From contig OY762926.1 of NCBI GenBank assembly GCA_963666735.1, positions 1-64,000 of the forward strand: DNA of 64,000 nucleotides. The letters are read 5' to 3'. The position numbers and the translations under genes were made by a program. The stretch is from Gemmatimonadota bacterium. Lineage in GTDB: Bacteria; Gemmatimonadota; Gemmatimonadetes; Palauibacterales; Palauibacteraceae. The notes below the pieces were generated by a model. That model saw only the letters and a program-made list of their open reading frames with translations, did not search any database and was not told the origin of the DNA. Shown here in pieces: positions 40,154 through 48,851 of this stretch (position 1 is its first letter; each line of letters opens with the position of its first letter).

Positions 40154-40411
40154 TCAGGCCGCGTCGTGCTGCTTGATCCAGTCGCGCAGGACGTCATCGA
40201 TCCGGGTCTGCCAACCGCGCCCTCCAGCCCGAAAATGATCGATGACCTCCGGGGACAGCCGGATGGTGGTGGAGACCTTCGGCCGCGCCTTCCGGGGTCG
40301 GCCCCGCCGCACGGGCGCCTTGGCGAATTTCTCCGGCCAGCCGTCCTTCGAGAGGTCGGGTGCCGTATCCGGATCAAAACCTCGGACCGTAGAGCCGTCG
40401 TTCCCGTTCAT
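40154..40411 (-). CDS. brnA: BrnA antitoxin
   Basis: RGRP, TIRLSPEVIDHFRA.G.GWQTRI..VL. Confidence 0.9.
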   Translation of the reverse strand: MNGNDGSTVRGFDPDTAPDLSKDGWPEKFAKAPVRRGRPRKARPKVSTTIRLSPEVIDHFRAGGRGWQTRIDDVLRDWIKQHDAA

Positions 40412-40643
40412 TGGCCTTCCTCATGCTGATGACCCTGCATGCATCGCCGCGCTGCGTCCAGACGAGCACGATCATCTTGTCGTCCAGACAACCGATCGTG
40501 ATGAAGCGAGCCTCGCGGTATTCCTGCCGATCATCCTCGACGGTCAGCGTCGCGCCGGCGAACACCTCCACCGCCCGCGCCATGTCCAGGCCTCGAGCCC
40601 TGATCGTCTCCGCACGCTTTGCGTCGTCGAACTCGATTCGCAT
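40374..40643 (-). CDS. brnT: BrnT toxin
   Basis: EFDDAK, D.RQEY.E.RFITIG, VWT.RG..RVISMRKAN.RE. Confidence 0.9.
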   Translation of the reverse strand: MRIEFDDAKRAETIRARGLDMARAVEVFAGATLTVEDDRQEYREARFITIGCLDDKMIVLVWTQRGDACRVISMRKANERERRLYGPRF

Positions 40644-40766
40644 GAATTAATGTTACTACAGAAATTCCGTGTCAACGTTTCACTCTCGCCGTCGCGGCAC
40701 ACGCCCCAGTCTGCTGTTCGCTCTCAAGCCAATCTCAACGCCGGGGAGGGGCAGGGGCTTGCCCCG

Positions 40767-41516
40767 TCATGGGAGGTGCTCGAGGCTTCCCGCCTGCGGT
40801 AGGGCGATCCAGCCCTCCTCCTTCGCCAACTCTTCATCGCCGGGCGGGATCGGTTCGCAGCGGCTGAGCGCGGCCGCCCGAGCGACGAGGGCCGCGACCA
40901 CCGCATCGAGTAGGTCATCCGAGGCAGTACACTGAGCCCAGTCCTCCTCGGAAAGGGTGAACCAGTCGGCGATGCGCTCGGCGAGATCACTGGCGAGCCG
41001 GGCGCGAACCGCGGCTCCCCTGGCGCGCTTGTAGCCGCGCGAGGGGAAGCCCCATACGTGGAGGGCGGCCGCGGGGTAGACTTCGACGAAGCGGCCGCCG
41101 CCGCTCCGGTCGATGGATTCGCCGGTGGCCGCCGTCTCGGCGAGCAGGCGGACGGCTCGGATGGCGGGCACCGCGATCAGGTCCGTCGAGACGCTGAGCG
41201 GCCATCGACCCAGCCTCTCCCTCACGAATGCATCGGTTCGCCGGAACCGAAGCTGCGGGACTTCGGCGGCAGGCCAGACCGTCCCTGCCGACCAGGCGGC
41301 AACGGCTCGGGTGAAGCGTGCGGGCCAGCCGAAGGGGGCATCGATACCGATCTTGTCCGCGCGCCCGAACAACTCATGCAGGTCGGCGTCCGTCGCACCC
41401 AGCGACAGCGACTCGACGCGTGCCGATCCGCGATGCCACCGAATCAGACAGGTAGCCGTCCGCTTCGGCTGCGATGCGAGATCGACCCCGAGCGTGAACG
41501 ACGCGGGTTCAGTCAT
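40767..41516 (-). CDS. DUF429 domain protein (predicted RNase H-like nuclease)
   Basis: LGVDLA, GIDAPFGWP, R.TD, EVYPAA, DDLLDA, EGWI.LP. Confidence 0.85.
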   Translation of the reverse strand: MTEPASFTLGVDLASQPKRTATCLIRWHRGSARVESLSLGATDADLHELFGRADKIGIDAPFGWPARFTRAVAAWSAGTVWPAAEVPQLRFRRTDAFVRERLGRWPLSVSTDLIAVPAIRAVRLLAETAATGESIDRSGGGRFVEVYPAAALHVWGFPSRGYKRARGAAVRARLASDLAERIADWFTLSEEDWAQCTASDDLLDAVVAALVARAAALSRCEPIPPGDEELAKEEGWIALPQAGSLEHLP

Positions 41517-42502
41517 CGTCCGGCGGCGGGAAGTGCGCCTTCAGGAAGCGTTCGATCTGGTCGAGTCGTTTGTCGAGTTCCTCGCCTCCCAAGTGACCTC
41601 CTTCATTGTACCTTCCGAGCGCGGCGGTGGCCTCGTCTTCGTCAATGTGAGAGAACCACTCGGCGAAACACTTTGGCCCCACCCAGATGCTCAATCCTCC
41701 GCCGCTCGCGCCGGTTCCGGGGCTCGCGTACATCAGGAACCGACGGCGGTCTGACGGCGGCGCGATTCTCACCGAACTCCGCTGCGGTTGCACCGGCAGA
41801 CCGGCCCGCTCGGACATCTCGACGAAGCGATCGAACTGCTCGCTCACACCCAGGTCAACGGCCCACGCACGGATTGCGTCAACCGTCAACCGGTGACCTG
41901 GGCGGGGGAGTCTGGCGGGTTCGTCAACCACCTCCCGAATCAGCAACTGCGGGCCGCCGTCCAGTTCGAACACCTCGAAGCTGACGACCTCGATCGGGAG
42001 GCCGAAACGTCCCAGAAACTCGCTCGTGCGCTCCAATCCCGGGTGAATGCCAGCGCCGACGAGCAGCAGGGCGATCTCCCGATCGTCCCCGTCGTCGGCC
42101 AGAAGTTCCCGCACTCTTGGAGACAGCGTCTTCGGGTCCCCGACCCTGTTGAAGCCACCTTCGAGCTTCCGAAAGAGTTCATCGGCATCGAGACGGGCGA
42201 GTGACGCGGCGTAGTAGATGGCCTGTCCCAGCGCGCCCGAATCGATCATCCCCGGCTTCACTTCGATCACCACCCAGCGATCCTGCGAGTCGAATCGCCA
42301 ACAGATCGAGCCGTCCATCATCGATCGATACCTGGCAGCCGACCAGCATCAATCCCTCGCCGATCAGTGTCACATCGTTCACGATCCAGTCTTCGAGCTG
42401 CCGCTCGAGTTGGATGTGGGAACGCCCGACCTTCTGCGGTTCCCGCTTCGCTGAGCTGTCGTCGTTTCGCGTTTCCATCGTCCAGACTGCCAGTCTCGTC
42501 AC
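41509..42502 (-). pseudogene. NucS/EndoMS-like PD-(D/E)XK endonuclease, +1 frameshift near 42293
   Basis: LERQLEDWI...GRLDLLAI | DSQDRWVVIEVK...GQAIYYA split across two frames. Confidence 0.8.
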
Positions 42503-44804
42503 GTTTCGATACCCCGAAGCTGCTCCCCTCCGAGGCGTCGATAGCGATCCAACGCGGTTCGCCTCATGCCTGCGGGGAGGTGTTTGGTGACCATTCCGAA
42601 TGCGTTGTCGAGTCCCCACGCGTATCCGAGATCGATGGTCGCCTCTCCGGACGGTTCGATCTCCCTCCGAGCGGGAATCTTGACCCTGTTTGCCAGCTCC
42701 ACGACTTCATGGATCGTGGATTCGTCCGAGAGCACGATCGGTGCGCAGCACTCGATGGCTCGTCCCATCATGAGCGTCGCCAAGCGCGCCGAATCGGCGG
42801 GAAGCCGGTCCCACCGGTTCCAGATGATGGGGTAGGCGTTCATGCGCCTGGCGCGGTCGAGCAGTCGAAAGCAGGCGGCCGCATCCAGGATCCGCTCGTT
42901 CGGCACGACTCCCACGTAGACCGACCCGTGGTCGGTCTCGACGCGGAAGCCGGCATCGGTGCGGTCGCGGCCGGAACAATCGAGAACAGCGGGCTGGCCG
43001 TCGCGCAACGCAATACGGACGGGCTTCAAAGGCGTCGCGTTCCGCGGGCGTCCGGGCTTGTCGGCGGACGGGATCTTCGACCAGTCGAGCGGCTCTCCGA
43101 CGGCGGCCATGTCGAGGTCGAGCACGTAGATGCTGCCGGCTTCCGTGCACTCGGAGAGAGGCTGTGAGACTCCCCAGCCCGCCGGCCTGGCCGAGAGCTC
43201 GGTGCCGTCGGGAGCGAACGCGTAGGGGTGGGTTCTCTTCCTGGTCGCGTCGTAATGGAGCGTGCAGAGCGCGAAGAAACGGTTCTCCACCGCCCGCAAC
43301 CGGAGAATGGACGACCACTTGATGCCGGTCACGTTGTCGAAGCTCGGATTGACCCAGATGTGTGCGCCGTTCCGCGCGAGATAACGGGGAAGGAGCCCCA
43401 GGTAATGGTCGTGACAGATCGTCGCTCCCACCCTGACGCCGCCCAACCGGAACGTCGGAAGCTGGGCGGCGCCTCCCAGTCCGGCCGCTCGAACGCCACG
43501 GCGTCGGCCGTCGAGTGTTTCGCGTACACCCGGGAACGAGAGCCGTCGGGGTCGAACCGAAGGAGCACCTGCCAGTCGCGGCCGGTGGAGTCGTTGGTTG
43601 TGTCGATCGCGCCCACGAGCAGCGAGGCGTCCAGGTCTGCGGCGAGCTTCGAGAGCGATTCGCTGCGTTCACGGTCGGACGCCGAGACGTAGCCCTCGGG
43701 GAAGAGCACGAAGTCGATGGCTTCGTCGGCGAAGGAATCGGCGGTGGGCACGTCCGGTTGCTGGGCCCCGGGTCCGCTGGGCGGCACACCGTTCGAGGAC
43801 TTCTGCGCTACCGGGGGGAACGCCATCGCCACGCGCGCAGTGGAAGCCGATCGTCCGGTCGCCGGGGAGATTCCCACGCCAGTTCGACTGGTCCGAGAAC
43901 CTCCGTCGTGGATCAGATCCGAGAAGCGCGCCCGGTCCTCCCGGCTATCCGGATCGAGCGAGCACCAGACCTGGTCGCGGGCGTAGAGCCGCACCGTCGG
44001 CTGGAAGCCCTGCGTCGGCGGGACGAGGTCCCTCAGCGTGTCGTACCAGGCGCGTTGTTCGTCGCGGAACGCCGGGTCGTTGTCCTTCGCGTCGTGCCGT
44101 TCGCAGAACTCCATCCAGCGCCGTGCGGAGAACCCGAGCGTATACGTATCTGCGTAGGCGGAGAGGGCGAGCTTCCGCGGTCTCGTGAAGTGCTGGCTCT
44201 CGTCGAACTCGACGATGAATCCCGGGTCGGGAACCCAGTAGTCGCAGCCCGCGAGTACGTTGCTCCGGACGAACGTGTCGATGCCGTGTCCGCGATAGCT
44301 CTCCAACCGCTCCGCCACGTCTTGTAGGATGGGCTCGAGCGGGGTTCCCGCGTAGGCTTCGGGGCGCGTCTGCCATCCGAATTGAAGATTGAGCGCGCAC
44401 GCGCCGTAGATGCGTTCCAGGAGCTCGGCGACCCGGCCCTTGCATGCGCGACACCGCTCGGAGTGGCGCCCGGTGGAAATCGGAGGCGTCCTCTCAACCG
44501 GTGGAGGGGGTGCGGGTACGACGTGACTGTCCCGGACGCTGCCACGACAGCCGCACTCGGTGACAGCGAAGCCCCGGCGCCTAAGGAACCCATTGGACTC
44601 CTGCCCTCCGGAGAATCGATCCGAGGCCAGGAACTCGCCCGTGGCGATCTTATGAGCCAGCGCGATCGAGTACTTCGGCGGCAGATGCCTGCGCTCCGCG
44701 ACCAGGCAGTAGCCTCGGCTCCTCCTGCCCGGTGGTACGCCGCCACGGACGATGCGCCGGATGGCCTCTTCGATGTGCGCCCTGCCGATGCGCCTCGGGA
44801 TCAC
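42499..44804 (-). pseudogene. Multidomain protein: putative DNA-binding N-domain + Vsr-like nuclease + nitrilase/CN-hydrolase; frameshift near 43465
   Basis: IP..I...HI..AI/PPKY/FSGG.E.N.FL...GF; D...P..IVEFDESQHF/RDEQRAWYDTLRD; nitrilase triad FPEGY, YAKH, TICHD. Confidence 0.7.
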
Positions 44805-44984
44805 GAGTCCTCAATCCAAGGGGGAGAGTGTTTCTCCCGTACGTCCTTTTCGTTCCCCGGCTCGTCGAGAAAAAGCATGTACATGGGCACACTCCAAGGG
44901 TCGCGCGACTCAGCGAAAGGTGTTAGGAATCAGCATGCGACCGGCGCGGTTGCCTTGAGCGACCCGACTGAACGGTTGCCTTCT

Positions 44985-45023
44985 GGGGCGGCGGCTCTCT
45001 CAGCGATGAGAGGCCGCCGCTCC
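44985..45023 (+). terminator. Strong GC hairpin, possible intrinsic terminator
   Basis: GGGGCGGCGGCTCTCTCA-GCGA-TGAGAGGCCGCCGCTCC followed by TCTT. Confidence 0.5.
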
Positions 45024-45245
45024 TCTTGCATCCTACCGTGAGCGCTGCCACTCCCCGGTCCGTGCGAAGCCTCCGCCAAGAAGACCAAAGGGTTCACCGA
45101 CCCTCTCAAACTGCGTTCTGATTCGGCAATTACAAGTACCCCCCCGCAAATAGGGGGGACAGTGGCTACCCAGTCGCCGAGGCTCGTCGAGAAGTGCTGC
45201 GAGAACCACCACTCAACAACGGCTGGCGCTATCAAGGCTCCCAGG

Positions 45246-45271
45246 TGAGACTTACCCCGCTTTGGTAGACG
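45246..45271. mobile_element. Isolated IS3-type IR remnant
   Basis: CTTACCCCGCTTTGGTAGAC resembles both ends of the IS at 51572-52869. Confidence 0.5.
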
Positions 45272-45594
45272 TTGGAATGGTGTTCGAAGCTCCCCGCCGG
45301 CTGGTAGTCGAGGCTCGAGTGGCGTCTGCTGGGGTTGTACCAGCCCCGATGAATCGGTCTGCGGCGGTTGCGAACTCGCGGCCGTGGAGCCGTCGCGGGC
45401 GCGCGAGTTTCCTTGACTGACCCTTCCTCCGCGAACTGCCTCCCGATCCGTCAGCCAGAACAGGAAATGCAGCGGTGAGGGACGCGGGAGCCGGGGGGTG
45501 GGTTGACAGGCTCGTAACTTTCTCGGCAAGGCTGGACGGTCGTGTGGGCGGGCGGGACATGGTTGTTCCGGGTTCATTCCGAGGAGTCAAGGTC

Positions 45595-46152
45595 ATGTCG
45601 GAAGATGGGCGGAAGTGGAACTGGTGGAGCACGTTGGGTGTCCCGGTTCTTGCACGCGTGCTGGCGGGCATCATTCTCCTCGCGCTACCGTTTGTGTTCC
45701 CGGCCGTGCGGTCGTTTGTTTCGGGGGTCTTCGGAGCGATCCCGGCTACCCTGTACTGGATCTTGGGGTTGTGCGCTGCCGCCGCCGTGGGGATCGTGGC
45801 CGGTCCGCGTGTGGAACGTGCTCGGAGGCGCGGGAGGCGAGTCACGAGGGCGGATGCCGAAGCCTTGGTACAGAAATCGAATTACTGGTCCAAGGTTCAA
45901 CGACGGGCCGAGTTGTACCAGATACGTGGCGAGATCGATTACGAGATCTACGGAATCGAACGTGAGCCGGACGCTTGGCAGATGCAGGCTTGGGAGATCA
46001 AACCGCCGCGCCATACGCCGAACGTTGACTCGGCACTCCAATATTTCTGGGACGATAACCCCACGGCTTCGGATGGGGATTGGTACGATCTCGACACGCT
46101 CTTGGATTGGCTTGAGGACCAGGCACACGACGTGGAATTGCCGAACATATGA
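45595..46152 (+). CDS. Hypothetical membrane protein (2 TM + acidic C-terminus)
   Basis: GAGGAG RBS, ATG 45595, two hydrophobic helices; lower GC. Confidence 0.6.
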   Translation: MSEDGRKWNWWSTLGVPVLARVLAGIILLALPFVFPAVRSFVSGVFGAIPATLYWILGLCAAAAVGIVAGPRVERARRRGRRVTRADAEALVQKSNYWSKVQRRAELYQIRGEIDYEIYGIEREPDAWQMQAWEIKPPRHTPNVDSALQYFWDDNPTASDGDWYDLDTLLDWLEDQAHDVELPNI

Positions 46153-46374
46153 CAGGGGCGGCATCCCCAGCACGACCTTTCTTCGGAGGGGCCGTGACTT
46201 GCCGCGGGTTACTCTCGGTTGATCCGGTCCTCCGCGTTCCGCCCTCCGACCGTGGGATGTCCTCGCCCCATCTCCGCCACGTCCGCCGCCTCGCGCGTAG
46301 GGGTAACGGCACATCCGTCTTGTGGCGCAAGCATCGAAGACACGAAATTGGCTGAGGGAGAACGGAGTGGAGCC

Positions 46375-46719
46375 GTGAGAAACACGATGGAGATCGGCGG
46401 CTACCGGGCGATCATCCAGTTCGATCCCGACATCGAGATGTTCCGGGGCGAGTTCGTCGGCCTGAACGGCGGCGCGGACTTCTACGCCCGCGACGTTTCC
46501 GGTCTCCGGAGGGAGGGCGCGACATCGCTCAGGGTGTTTCTCGAGATGTGCGAGGAGGACGGCGCCGAGCCCGGACGCCCGTACTCGGGGAGGTTCAACC
46601 TGCGCATCCCGTCCGAACTGCACGCGAACGTCGCCGCCGCCGCGGCCGCCGAAGGGAAGAGCCTGAACCAGTGGATCACCGACACGCTCGGCGACCGCGT
46701 CGCACCTGGGCTGGTTTGA
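46375..46719 (+). CDS. hicB: HicB family antitoxin with RHH domain, orphan copy 2
   Basis: Near-identical to 38247-38591; 46343-46760 aligns with 38215-38632. Confidence 0.88.
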   Translation: MRNTMEIGGYRAIIQFDPDIEMFRGEFVGLNGGADFYARDVSGLRREGATSLRVFLEMCEEDGAEPGRPYSGRFNLRIPSELHANVAAAAAAEGKSLNQWITDTLGDRVAPGLV

Positions 46720-46771
46720 CGGCGAGCAGGCGCATCGAATTCGACATCAGTTCCAACGCGTCGTATATGCC

Positions 46772-46867
46772 GCGACCGCGCTGAGCATCTCACGGTGGAT
46801 GTTCTGCCAGGGTTGGTTCGGGTACACCGAGCGAGCTTGAATGCGAAACCCCTCGAGCCGCACGTCG
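46772..46867 (-). pseudogene. Diverged duplicate of the mcrC 3' end
   Basis: Aligns ungapped with 47803-47898 (DVRLEGFRIQAR...IHREMLSAVA). Confidence 0.88.
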
Positions 46868-46894
46868 GCCAGCGTCCAGCGCTCAACAGGCGCA

Positions 46895-47666
46895 GCACGC
46901 GATCTCTTCACACAGGTCGACAGGACCATGGAAGTACTGCTCTTCAAGTACCTGAGAGCAGGCATCGGCTACGATGGGATCCACAGGGTGGAAAGCTATC
47001 CGATGCCCGAGTCGGCGCTTCGGGAGGCGCTCCTGAATGCGGTGGTGCACCGGGACTACGCGATCCCCGCGCCGATCCAGATTCGAGTGCACGATGACTG
47101 CCTACGCATCTACAATCCGGGCTCTCTACCCGAGGGTTGGACACTCGAGAGGCTGCTTGGCCCGCACCCGTCTCGGCCCTACAACCCGGACATCGCGAAC
47201 GCTTTCTTCTGGGCCGGCGAAATCGAGTCGTGGGGACGCGGGATCGACCGCGTTCTTCGTGCTTGCGGAAGGGCCGGGACACCGAAACCGGAGATCCACT
47301 TGGAGCCTGGAGGCCTCTGGTTCGAGTTTGGGTTTTCGGCTGACTACCTGGAGAGCGTCGGCGTGGCGGGAAAGCGCGGCGAGGGTTCGGACGCGACCTC
47401 CGAGGGACCAGGTGTGGACCAAGTGGGCACCAAGTGGGCACCAAGTGGAGATTCTACGGAAGTCGTTGTCGGCGCGGCCCATCACGGAACTCATGGCGGT
47501 GATGGGGAGAAAGGACCGCACCAAGTTCAGGAACCAGATTCTGAGACCGATGATGGATGCTGGGTGGATTGAGATGACCATCCCTGATACGCCTACGAGC
47601 AGGAAGCAGCGGTATCGGATCACTGAGGCCGGGAGGGCGGCGCTGGCGACGCTGATTGAAGACTGA
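46895..47666 (+). pseudogene. 5'-truncated RecG-C/HATPase_c_4 ATP-binding protein with Fic-associated C-terminal wHTH, frameshifted at an 11-bp repeat
   Basis: ALREALLNAVVHRDY, NPGSLP, NP.IANAF...G.IESWGRG; second frame RTKFRNQIL.P....G.IEMTIPD.PTS.KQRYR.T..G. Confidence 0.82.
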
Positions 47667-47795
47667 AGCAGCAGAGCGGGCACCGAACTATTCCGCCTGA
47701 ACATCCCCGGCATCTCGGACGGAAGCCGCCCCAGTTCGCGCGCGTAGCGCTCGTCGCAGTCGCCGCGCGCGCTGCTTGAGGGGTTGCGGTATGGT

Positions 47796-48851
47796 CTATC
47801 CTGCGACCGCGCTGAGCATCTCACGGTGGATGTCCTGCCAGCGTTGGTTCAGATCCACCGTGCGCGCTTGGATGCGAAACCCTTCGAGCCGTACGTCGAC
47901 CCGAAATGGGGTCTCCACCTGCGGGTACAGCAGGATCCCTTCGTGCCTCGGCCCGTCCGGTCGCGTGGCCTCGCGGTTTCTCAGGTAGGCGAGAAGCTGG
48001 TAAAGGTTCGGGGAATGCAGTTTTCCGGGGCCGCCCCCCCAACCCGACAACGCGCTGGCGTAGTACTTCGTGTCCAGGATGATCCACCGCTCAGCTGATT
48101 CGAGGATCACGTCGGCTTCCATGATCGGGATTCGTTGCCGATCCGCGTCGGTAGCCCAACCCCGTTCCGCCCAGCGGATGCGGCGTCCCGTCGGATTGAC
48201 ACGGTATTCGCGTTGCTCCCTCTCGTAGAATCCGGTTACGAACTGCTCGAACAGTCTCCACATCGTGGCTTCATCGCGCCGGAAGTCGCGGAAGCTGGAG
48301 CGGCCGGTCTTCTCGTCCACGATGGAACTCTCGTGCAGCAGCCTGCACACCGAGAGCAGGAAGTGGTAGAGGCGACGGCTACCACCGAGCTGGACTCGCC
48401 CGAACGTGCTCCGCTTCAGCCGCAGGTGTGATATCCCATCGAGCCTGCTGTAGGCCGACCGAACCTCGGCTCGGACTCCGCGGTGGAGCCCGGTCTCGCG
48501 GGCCAGCAGATGCCTCAGCGAGGTCCGAAGGATGCGGTTCGGCAGGATGTCCGCCGACAATTCCTCGAAATCGCAGGCCGCCCGGCCGCGGGCCCGCAGC
48601 GCGCGCTTCGCCGTGTCGCTGACCGCCAGCTTCCCGCGGATCCCCGCGAGGTCCTCGCGCCGTTCCACGTACCCACGATCGATGCCGCGCCGAAAGAGTC
48701 GGTTGACGCCGGTGGCCAGCACCTTGCCCAGCAGGTCGTGCACCGACGAGAGGCCGTCCAGCGTGGCCAGCCGCTTGGTGTCGCGCTCCTGCGCGTGTCC
48801 CCACGCGTAGCAGAGGAGGTAGTAGACGTTGAGGATCGGGATGGCTTTCAA
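47796..48851 (-). CDS. mcrC: McrC restriction nuclease subunit
   Basis: IPILNVYYLLCYAW, IRGKL, D...NRIL, LFEQFV, AD.....IILDTKYY, NLYQLLAY; TTGA overlap with mcrB. Confidence 0.92.
   Translation of the reverse strand: MKAIPILNVYYLLCYAWGHAQERDTKRLATLDGLSSVHDLLGKVLATGVNRLFRRGIDRGYVERREDLAGIRGKLAVSDTAKRALRARGRAACDFEELSADILPNRILRTSLRHLLARETGLHRGVRAEVRSAYSRLDGISHLRLKRSTFGRVQLGGSRRLYHFLLSVCRLLHESSIVDEKTGRSSFRDFRRDEATMWRLFEQFVTGFYEREQREYRVNPTGRRIRWAERGWATDADRQRIPIMEADVILESAERWIILDTKYYASALSGWGGGPGKLHSPNLYQLLAYLRNREATRPDGPRHEGILLYPQVETPFRVDVRLEGFRIQARTVDLNQRWQDIHREMLSAVAG

Noticed and set aside
35000..41000. Integron cassette array
   Set aside because: No integrase and no recurring attC-like GTTRRRY-bounded palindromes were found between the modules.
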